A stretch of 64,000 bases of DNA, taken from Podarcis bocagei (lineage: Eukaryota). Position numbers and translations under genes: made by a program. The stretch lies in assembly GCA_964188305.1 (NCBI GenBank), contig OZ076899.1; one strand, 5' to 3'. This document shows positions 1-10,500 of this stretch, piece by piece. The notes under the pieces were generated by a model. The model worked only from the letters and a program-made list of their open reading frames with translations, was not told the origin of the DNA and made no database searches. Every line of letters starts with the position of its first letter. Position 1 is the stretch's first letter.

Positions 1-729
1 TGAGTTTGCCATATTGGTCCCCTACTTGAGAATACACACCATATCATGCGCATCCAGGCCATTTTGGAGCCACAAATCCTGCTCCCTATCTTGCACCTTT
101 GAGTGTTGGACCTGTGAACCTTAAGGCACTGTGATCACAAATTACCTATTTGGTGCTGGTTGTTGACGTGTGAGCATCTACTCTTGCGTTGTATTCTTTT
201 TAAGACTTGCAGCAGAGTTTCTTTAACAGTGAAACATTATTATTTACAAAAAAATTACACCGGTCAAATAAAACAATATAATTCCTTCTCCTCTAGCCAT
301 TTGGCCAGAGACTCAATTGCTGACTCATTTACAACTTTGTTCATTTACACGCCTTCTCCAGCGAGAAGAACATCATTTTGCCTGTTCTGACCTTACAGGC
401 AAGTATTTATTTTGTGGAGCGGAGGAGAGTGAAATAAAATGCCTTGTGGCTAAAGGGTGGGGCTCTTTCTCTGATAGAGCTGAGCATCAACAGGATGGAT
501 ACCCAAAGAGTTTCCTGTTTAGAATGTCAGAAAGTAGCTCTGTTGTGGGAAGAGTACTGCTCTGGGAGCTCTGCCCTGCCCTACGTGTATCTGGCTGAGA
601 GTGACTTGCCTGTGGGTGGATCCCTCTTGGGATCTGAAAGTGCTGGTCCTAGGGCATCTCTCCCCTTCTACCTGGCACCTGGCTTGGCCTTCCCTCCCTC
701 CCTCGAATCCCAGTCTGCTTTTCTTTCAG

Positions 730-3700
730 GAGAGAGAGGACCCCATCATGGAGTGCCAGGAGAGCGAGGTGGATGTCTCCCCCTCTCGTACAGGAGGCTC
801 TTCTTCGCTTGCCTCTGGAGACCTTGGTGACATCAGCTCCTTCTCATCCAAGGCCTCTGGCCTCCAGCGCATGTCCAGTGGAGGGAGCAGTGCCTTGTCT
901 GTCACACACAGTGGGACAAGTTCTGGGCAAGGAGGCACTCTTCTGAGAGGAGGGAGACCTTGCCAAGGAGCTGGGCCTGGAGACTTGGCCTTCCCTGGGG
1001 TCAGAAAGCTCAGGTGGGTGCAGGGCCTCTGGGAAAGGGACATCAGAGGAAGGCTTCACTTTGGGGGAGCAGCAGGGTGGAAGAGAGAGAGGCCATTTTG
1101 CATTCTTTGGTGTTTTGTTTCAGGTGGGGCATGAATATGACTGTCAGTATATTCTTTAACCAGTTTCCAAACTGAAAGCCTGTGCGATACTTTTAAAAGG
1201 CCATGGGTTCTAAAAAGAATTGAATTTATTCACAGTTGGCGAGTTAATATTTTTGATGTCAAGAAGGTTTTAAATACTTGAAGGTTGGTGTTGTATTGAG
1301 TGATGTTTCAAACTGGGGAAACAATGTGGCAAATCATGTTGGGTTGCCTTGTGAGCAGCTTTATTTGGGCTTTGCTGTTTACCTTGAAATGCAAGGGATA
1401 AATTCTTTGTGCCCACAGTTCTGTGCCATGACCCTGGGAGCATGTGGGGGGCCTCCAGGACATTGTGGCTGGCAGGCAGGCTGGCTGTGCAGAGGTTAAC
1501 GCTGCCTTTGGTTTTCCTAGCCCTAGGAAGGGGGGCAGCCAGCCTCAGTCTCCAGTCCAGCCTGACCATGCAGCAGTTCCTGGGGGGTGTGAGGAGGAAG
1601 CGCAAGGTGTGATCAACCAGAGGAGTGGCAGAGCCCCTCCAACTCCTCGTAGACGAGGGCGAAGGGGCCGCCTCACATCGCGATCGGCCGGAGCCAGGTA
1701 GCGTGGTGAAGGTCAGCTGATGCTGATGAGGGAGGTGACCCTGGTGGGGTGGAGTAGCAAGAGCTAAAGGCCCTTGCAGCTTCTCCAGCTGTTTCTCTCC
1801 CTGGATCTGCAGGGCCAACCTACCAGCTGTGGAGGATCTGTCAACTACAGCCTTGCCAGAAGAGGACTGCCACACGCATCGCCCTTTGAAGGGGCAGGAC
1901 CGCAGCATCTCCCCTGAAATCCCCTTGCAAGAGCGTCTGGGGGTTTCTACCAGCACAGAGCTTTCCTCTGCCGCCACCTCCTCTTCTGCGAACAGCTTTG
2001 TGGGCCTCCGGGTGGTGGCAAAGTGGTCCTCGAATGGCTACTTCTACTCTGGGACTATCACACAGGATGTAGGGGGTGTCAAATATAAGCTGCGCTTTGA
2101 CGATGGCTATGAATGTGATGTTCCGGGCAAAGACATCTTGCTGTGCGACCCTCTCCCCCTGGAAACAGAGGTGACGGCCCTTTCGGAGGATGAATACTTC
2201 AGCGCAGGTAACTTGTCTGGCTGGCAAGTGACCTGCAGTGTTTGGGGTGGGCGGTAGCAGAGAGTTGGGTCCCAGTCTGTGAGCTGCCCTTATGATGCCT
2301 TCTGCCTTGGCTGCAGGGGTAGTGAAGGGGCATCGGAAGGAGGCCGGGGAGCTGTTCTATTGCATTGAGAAGGAGGGCCAGCGGAAGTGGTACCGGCGGA
2401 GAGCAGTCATCTTGTCTTTAGAGCAAGGGAATCGGCTCCGAGAGCAATTTGGGTTGGGCCCCTACGAACCCGTCATGCCCCTGACAAAGGCGGCTGACAT
2501 CAGCCTTGGTAAGCAGCCTATAGGCAACTGCCCTGTGGGTCTGGCCAAGAGAAATGGGAACCCCTAGGAACCTCTTAATTGAGGGCAGGAGCTGCAGGGT
2601 GCTGGCCTTGGGTAAACTCTTCAGTTTTAAGAGGCGCAAGTGACTTCCTTCTGCTACCCTGCAGAAAACATGCAGGGGGGGCCCTTGGTGCTGCTGCATG
2701 TTGAGGTGGGAGCTAACAACATTCTCCTTGTGGGGCTAGATAACCTGGTGGAAGGAAAGCGGAAGAGGCGCAACCTTGGCTCCCCCAGCACCTCCAACAA
2801 CACAACACCAACCCGCAAGGGCCCTGAGAGCCCCCAGACCCCGCACAGGCTGTCTAGCAAGAGGAAGCTAGTTGCCTCAGAAGAGGAGAGATCCCCTGCC
2901 AAACGAGGGCGGCGGGCAACCCCTACAAAGCCAGGTCAGACTGTTTTATGTCTCCTTGCATTGCATCTCTTCTCCCTGGACCAGACTTTCCCTTCTTGGT
3001 CTTCTCCAGCCTTTCCTCCCAAACCAGAGGAGCTGGAGCTGAGCTCTTGCACCAGGAGGATCAAGGCTCCCCTCTCTCTCCATGAGAGAACTTCTAGGTT
3101 GAGGCTGCTGACCTGCTGTCAGGAGGCAGCCACAGGACTTTGATTTTCCTCCCTCCCTCCACAGGGGCTGCCTGTTCCAGGGAAGCAGTGAGCCCATCTG
3201 TCAGTGGAGTGGACTTGGGAGATATCCCGGCACCAGATGACCGATGGGGGCCTATGCCCCACAACAAGACTCTCTTTCTGGGCTATGCCTTTCTCCTCAC
3301 AATGGCAGACCCCACAGATAAACTCTCCAGTTGCCAGGAGCCTGCAGTGAGCAGCGAAGAGGAAGGTGAGCACTCTATTGCTCCAGGGAGGTTGTTGGGG
3401 GCAGGGGTGGCCATCGTTGACTGAATCTGGTTTAGGGTGGTGAAACTCCAGCGGGTGACAGAAAAGGCAGAACTAGGAAGGGACCCAAGGGGGCCCACCT
3501 AGTTAAGCATCTTGTTCACATGGGGGCCAAAGGAAGGCAGCTTGGCCAAGGATCCCTGGTAGGGATTCTGCTAGCTGCGGTTTCTGTCCTCTTTGCAGGA
3601 TAGTGGTGTGCCTACAAGGGCTAAGGAAGTGGCAAGTTGTGGGGCTGCAAGAACTTGAAGTCAACAAGCCAGTATCTTACTGCACTTTCCAAAGTTAGTT

Positions 3701-6340
3701 TATTGAGGGGATAGTTGAACCTGGGACTTGGTAAGACTGGCTGTATCCTTGCACCTTGCCAGCCAGTGTGCAAGCACATCACAGGAGGGCTGTTGGGCAA
3801 CATGACAGTATGAAATCCCTTGAAGGCTACTTGAGGAGCCATACCAGGTGGCAGTCATGCCTTCTGCTATTCCAGGTCCTAGAAGCCCCAAAGATAAGGA
3901 ATGGCCAAGTGTGGGGCAGAACATGTTTGCCATCTTGTGGCCCTCTAAGAGAAATCAGTGATTTCGGAATGAGCTGCAAATCTCTCTTACAACTTTCATG
4001 CTCCTTACAGCTACCATTTGGGGCTCACTTTAGGGCTCAGAAAATAATTTCACTAACTTAACAGTCAATTTCTGAACATGGCTCCAAGTGTTGGTGCTTA
4101 CCTTTTAAAACCCTTTGCAGCAAGGGGCTTGGATTTTTGAAGGACCACCACCTTCTGAATGAATCAGCCCAGGTACTGAGGTCATCACTGAAGGGTCTTC
4201 TCTGGGTTCCCCCTCCTCTTAATTACATGGGTGCTGTCTTGAAGGTTTTCTTGGCAATAGCACACCCTTTTGGGTCACTTTCCTCACCTGTTACTACTAT
4301 CTCTTATGTCATCTTGGCACTAGGTGAAGACCTTTCTGCATTTCTCTAGGCATTTTTAAATGTCTAAATAATCTGCTGCTGTGCTGCACACACGTTCTTG
4401 TCAATTGTATTATTTTCTGTTGAGTATAAAAACAGTTCTTAGAGCACATTACTGAACAGTGAAGAATAATTTTTAAAGTGAATAGCTGTTCCTAATCATG
4501 TTTAGTCTCTGAACTGAATTTCAATGCAGTTGTTTTCATGTTCTTTATTTAACAAAATTCATAGTTTACAAAGAAAAATCAAAATACTAACTTAAAAATT
4601 GACAGAAGCAAGCATTTAAAAGAAGTCAACATGCAGCTTTTAAAATATAAATAAAATCTGAGATTTTATTGTGTGGGAATATTTCACAGTCCTCTTGCAA
4701 GGGAAGAGGTGTAGTGCTCTATTTATGCTAAAGAATTAACTCTGCTAACTTCATCCTGTTTTCTAGACTTCTTGGAGGTAACACCTTACAACAAACACTA
4801 CATTGGACTGCAGCTGCAAGCTGGAGGTGGTTTCATCCTGGATGACTTCAATGAAAGCCAGGTCAGGAGCCAGAGCTGGGGATGCATGAAGTAGCATCAC
4901 CCAGGTTGGCAGTGGAGATTTATTTGGAGAGGGTGTTGGTGCTTTGCTGCTGTTTTCCTTTTAATTATAAAATTGATGCTTTTCTGGGTGTGGTCCAAGG
5001 GTGGCAGGTGTGTGACGGGTGGCAGCTTCACCTGCACACAGGTTGTCAAGTGAGAATTGCCATTTGTTCTCCTTTCAAGAACTGGGATGAGGAAAGGAGG
5101 TGCCTGGCCATGATGCTTCTTGGAATGGGACAGATCTTGATAGGGGCTGCTTGAAGTAGAGGCAGAGAGAGCCTCTTTTCCTTCCAGTGGCACATTTCTC
5201 ACTTCTCTACTTCTGCCAGTACTGAGCCTTCCATTTTGCAGTTAGCCTGGCTGGCTAGTTGTCAAATAAGCATTTGACCACACTGGGTGTTTTATACTGA
5301 ACCTGCAGCCTCTTCCAGGGCTTTGTGTTTCTATGGAAGCCCAGGTCCCACCCTCCGCTTCCTTTGTCCAGTGCAGTGCAGCCTACCAGTGCTTCCTGAT
5401 AGCAGACAGACACTGCCGCAACCGGATTTACTTTCTGTGCCTTGCCCGAGGAATCCCCTGTGTGTCTCACGTCTGGGTCCATGACAGTTGTCATGCCAAC
5501 CAGCTGCAGAACTACCGGAATTATTTGTTGCCAGTTGGTTATAGCCTGCAGGAGCAGAGGTTGCTGGACTGGTAAGTCCATGAATGTTGGAGGGACCATG
5601 AGCAGCTTACCCACCTGGTGCAGGTGGAACAGGGTGGCATGTCCAGTTCCCTTGCAGTGGAGCTGCTTCTAACCTTTGCTTCCTTCTAGGCACTCTCGTG
5701 AGAACCCTTTCAGTAAGCTGAAGGTGCTTCTGGTGTCCAGTGAGCAGCACGACTTCCTGGAGCTCTGGTCTGAGATTCTCATGATGGGGGGTGCTGCTTC
5801 TGTTAAGCTGCAGGAATCTGCCTCATGGAGCAAAGGTACAAGCCCCTGGAAGGCAGCCAGCTGGTTTCTGTGGCGGGTATATTGGCAAGAGGCTCTCCGT
5901 TGCCCACTGAGACATACCAATCCCCCTGTGCAGAAAAGAGGCCTGGTGTGGGAGGAGCTTTAACTTAGATTCCAGAGGCTTGCTGAGAAGTTGGATGAGG
6001 CAGGGCAAGAATTGATTGGCTGCTTCACCCCTTTCCTTGTGTGGAGCTGCCATCCATCCTTTCCCAAAGGCAGCAAGATCAAGTACCTGGTGCTGTGAAC
6101 AAGCAAGAGGAAAGGTTTGACCACACAGGGCAATTCTTGTTTTCTATTTCCACAGATGTGAGTCTGGCTGTGTTTGATGTCGTGGTGACTGATGCTTCGT
6201 GCCCAACAGCTTTCTTGAAATGTGCTGAAGCGCTACAGCTGCCAGTGGTGACCCAAGAGTGGGTGATCCAGTGCCTCATTGCTGGGAAGAAAGTTGGATT
6301 CAAACACCCAAAGTATCAGCTTGATTCTGTCCCCAGTTGA
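730..6340 (+). CDS. TP53BP1: TP53-binding protein 1 (53BP1), last 10 coding exons (5' part lies outside the window)
   Basis: Exons 730-1013, 1521-1697, 1813-2207, 2317-2508, 2740-2934, 3165-3365, 4767-4861, 5372-5571, 5690-5835 and 6156-6340 (TGA 6338-6340). All are GT-AG and phase-consistent, 2070 nt in total. The translation contains the GAR motif (RRRGRRGR), tandem Tudor ([21 protein letters not shown]...FDDGYECDV), UDR ([20 protein letters not shown]), NLS ([19 protein letters not shown]) and BRCT repeats ([12 protein letters not shown]...[14 protein letters not shown]...[14 protein letters not shown]). Confidence 0.97.
4080..4345 (+). mobile_element. Old L2-like LINE 3' fragment
   Basis: Degenerate translation [25 protein letters not shown]...KVFLAIAHP resembles the L2 ORF2 C-terminus seen in the younger copies in this window. 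Confidence 0.5.
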
Positions 6341-6450
6341 ACCTTTTTGCTTTGTGGAGGCTGTCATTGTCACCCAGGTTTTAAATGTCTGTGTCACTTG
6401 AACTGTGCATGAAGTGCTGTATATAGTTTTAACTTCTGGACTTTTATGAT

Positions 6451-6456
6451 AATAAA
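6451..6456 (+). terminator. Probable TP53BP1 polyadenylation signal (AATAAA)
   Basis: AATAAA about 110 nt after the stop codon, followed by T/GT-rich sequence. Confidence 0.6.
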
Positions 6457-6971
6457 CGTCAATTTTCTTGTTGCAGTATCTAGGATTTCTCCTCTTACCC
6501 TCTCTAAAGTGGCCCAGCATGATTGCTTGCAGCTGCCAGTGGAGGGAAGAAGGGAAAGTTGCTCATTTAATACGCTGACATCAATTGCTGTAGATGGCCT
6601 GTCCTTTTTATCCCTTGGTCCAAGAACGGTCTCATTCAAGGGTTCCCCAGAGTTCCTTACTCAGTTATACCAGCCTACACTCTGTGTAGATGCAGACTAG
6701 GATCTGCCAACAAATGTGGAGGTGTTTACACATTGTTGGCGTAGGACAGCTCATGAGTGGGAGGGGCAATCTCCTTGTGGAGACTCCTGCCCCTCAGATA
6801 AGAAAAATATATATACACAGTGGATTGGGCACTAGCTAGAGTTCTTCCATGGTATGCCTTTGCTGCTGATCTAAAAAAGCAAAAATAAGGCTGATGGCAG
6901 AAGAAAATGAAACAAATAGGGGTGGAGGAGGACAGGTTACCTGAAAGGCACCAGCAGTCTTGCACCACTTG

Positions 6972-6977
6972 TTTATT
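6972..6977 (-). terminator. Candidate TUBGCP4 polyadenylation signal (AATAAA on - strand)
   Basis: TTTATT on + strand, about 600 nt past the TUBGCP4 stop codon. No transcript evidence. Confidence 0.4.
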
Positions 6978-7570
6978 CTCCTCCTCTCCCTCACCGTGTG
7001 TGTGAGAGGAAACGAAGCTGCACCACCCCCCACCCCCCCACAAAAAGTAGAAGGAACACTTTCATTGGCAGACTCAGCCCAGAATGGAAATATTCGGTAT
7101 CTTCTCCCTGCTTCCGTATTTAGAGACACGAAATTGCATTTTCAAAAAAGCAACTTTCCTGCAGTTAATCACACTTTCCCATTAAGAGCAGGTCAACGCT
7201 CACCCTGATTTGCACAATGTGGCTCCTGGATGATGAGGGCAATGAGACAACCTCCTTTGCTCGCAGCCTTACTTGCAGTGCTAGCAGTAGAAAGAGCCAA
7301 ATTCGCTGACAAGTGACAGCAGCATTTGAAAACAATTCAAAGCCAATGCTAAGCAGCACTTTCACTTCTGGAAAAACATGCAGCATAAGGAGAGCAGTAC
7401 TAGAGACACATATAATGAAGCACACACTGACAGAGTCCTTTCTGAGTGCCAGGATGAGGTCCTAATATCTCTCAGCACCTTCTCCTCCAGAAGTCAGAAC
7501 ATGTATCCTGACCAGAGCAGGTTTGCTTCCCAGAAAAGGTGGCAACGGCCTTCATTGTGAGACTGGTGGT

Positions 7571-10500
7571 CTATTCTAATCCCACACTGTAGAGAAAGAA
7601 GGGGCAGTTAATTAGAGGAAGGGCTCTGTGGCTGCAGAAGGGAGAAGGGTTGTGTAAATTGGGCACAGTAGCCAAAACTGTTAAATGTTAGAGATGCACA
7701 CACATATTATTTACAGACCACAGTGTGCAAAGTTTGAATTGCATTTTTGAACATAGCACACAGCTGGTTATAAATACATTTATATCCCACCTTCTGGGAT
7801 ATAACAAAACAGAAACAGCAGAAAGTCTAGATTATGCCTAATCATCACATCCCTCTCACCAGCAGCTCTCAAATAGGCTTAAGACCTTGTGTGTTTCTGG
7901 TTAGTAACAGGCCTGTGTAATTAAAGATTCCCAGTCCGTGGGAAACCTTAAGCCCTAGAAGGCAAGGAAACCCAGGCTAAGGATGGCTGTAGAAGAGTCC
8001 ACATTCAGGCAGAGCCCCCCACCTCCCACCACCAGCAGGAATATAACTAAAGGGGCTTGTGTGGTTTCCTGGCACTTGCCAAGGCCTACCTGCCCAAGGT
8101 GCCTCCAGCCTGGGTATAGTATTTGTTGTAATCAAGACGTAACAGCAACTGAGCCAAGTCTGAATTGATCTGGTGATTGTGAACACTGGAGAGGATCTTG
8201 AAAAGGAGTGAAGACTGACAGCTGAAGCCCTGCAAAGGTAAACGGCACCCATGAGCCATAAATTGAGGGCTCTGCCTTAGCAGAAAGGGCTGAACAGAGA
8301 GGACTAGAAGGCCACTCGAACCCATATGGGGAGGAAGCATCCCAGGCAGCTGCCCCACCTCATCGCTCACCCTTTGGGAACTGCTGTCCTGGAGGAGGAA
8401 AGGCCCCAGCTGTTGCTGCCAGTATGTCACAAGGGCCCGACCAAGGCTGTTTCTGATGAGCTGCATAGAAGAGCAATGGCCAGACTTCTTGTGTTCCTAC
8501 CCCCACCTCATGCTGAATTCATCAGAGAGCTGCCTGCTCTGAGTTTCCAACATGCTTCCACAGGAGAGATGCCCCAAAAGCTTTGGGCGATGTTTTTCAG
8601 GTAGAAAAGTGCAAGACGCACCTTGGCCAGGATGCTCAACTGGGCCGTCCCCCGCTCATCCAATGGTCCCCGGTTCTGGCTGACAAGTGAGCAGAAGCTA
8701 TGGCATAGATCCAGTATTTCATTCAGACAGTGGAAAGCCTGCAAAACCAAAGAGCAGAAAGGAGATGGAGGGCCTCACCAGAGCAGAAGCTTCTCGTCTT
8801 GCCCTTCCGCAGCCTGAGATAATGACAAGATTCAGCAGGATTATTGGACTGGTTTACTCAAACTATTTCACTTCTTGCTTAGTAGAGCAATTCTTAAGGT
8901 CTAATGGAGCTGATGCAAACAAACAAAACAAAACAAAAATCTTCATATACTGCACAGCGGCTACCAAAGCCCGAAATTTCTGTTCAAGCATCATAAGCTA
9001 CTCTAAACATGAGTTTCCAAGACCAATGAACATACAGTGGTGCCCCGCAAGACGAATGCCTCACAAGACGGAAAACCCGCTAGACGAAAGGGTTTTCCGT
9101 TTTGGAGGTGCTTCGCAAAACGAAATTCCTATGGGCTTGCTTCGCAAGACGAAAATGTCTTGTGAGTTCCTGCGGGGTTTTTCCCCCCCCCCCTTTCCCA
9201 AGCCACTAAGTCGCTTAACAGCTGATCCGCTAAGCCGCTTACCAGCTGATCCGCTAAGCCCGCTATCAGCTGATCCGCTAAGCCGCTAATAGCGCTAAGC
9301 CGCTAATGGGTTTGCTTCGCAAGACGAAAAAACCGCAAGACGAAGAGACTCGCGGAACGGATTCTTTTCGTCTTGCGAGGCACCACTGTACTTTGATAGG
9401 CTTCTCCAGATTGCCAAATGCTACCAAGTCACCAGGAAAACACTCCCCCCAAAAAACACATGATGAAGGCAAACTGACACAGTTGCAGTTCATTTATTTT
9501 CTATCCTGCTTTTCTATACAGACCTGTACCTCATTATTCACTTTAGCAGGTAAGGGCTTTGGTTGTGCTCATGGCCAAGCAACACAGCCATGTTCACAAG
9601 GGTCTGGCTTTTGCTTTAGTTCCTTCTTGCCGTGTTTGACTGAAGTGAGCTAGGAGTGCTGTACTGGATGGGCATTTGGACTGTTCGAACAGGACCAGTT
9701 CTCCTGGGGACACAAGGCAAACAAACTATGGGGATCACTCACTGGTTTCAGCAGAATGAAGGACTGTGCTAGGAGATTGCTCAAGAAGTGATCATGTGCC
9801 AGTCGAATGCTCTCAAAGTCACGGGTGGAGTTGATCTGCTGCAGAAGTTGGGAGAACTGAGACTCCAGAACATCCACCTGAGGATACGGAAAAGTGAGGG
9901 AGAAGATACTGCCTGCTGTTTCCAGTCATTTCCGGCCACCAATTTTGGGTGGGAAATTTAGGGTATCGCTGGGAGAAGTGGCTGGTGCATATCCCCTGGA
10001 GGAGCAGCACCGAAGCCTCAGAGTTAGCCCCTGAGACCTGTGTTGCTGCTCACCTGCAGGTAGTACTGCAGATTGTCTACAAGGAAAGTCATGTGATGGC
10101 GTAGTTGCCACTTGATGGCATCTGTCCTGTTGGATTCCAGGCGCTTGCACCACATCTGTAGAGCCCAGCAGTGCTGCAGTTCAGCCTGGACTCGACGCAC
10201 ACTTAGCAGATACTTGAAGACCACATTGTACCTGCAAGCCAAGAGGAAGGCAAGCAAAAGATAGCTGGGTCAGACCAGGCCAGCATTTCCTCCTCCCACC
10301 CAGGAAATGTGTGCTCTGCTACAATCAACCTTTGACACCAAAATGCCACAGAATCCACCTGGAAACAGAAACAGGGATAAAGCGGCCCTCACTTTTCCAG
10401 GACGGCAGGAGTAAAGAGGATATGCAGGGGCCACTGCACTCTGTAGGAGAGCCCCAGAGCAGCCCAGCCTGATGCAGGGGATTCATGGGGAGACAGTTCC

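Noticed and set aside
1270-1977. 235-aa - strand ORF
   Set aside because: It is the antisense shadow of TP53BP1 exons and GC-rich introns.
8687-9653. 200-aa and 115-aa + strand ORFs with ADPLSR repeats
   Set aside because: They read through a non-coding MITE and its minisatellite, with no transposase motifs.
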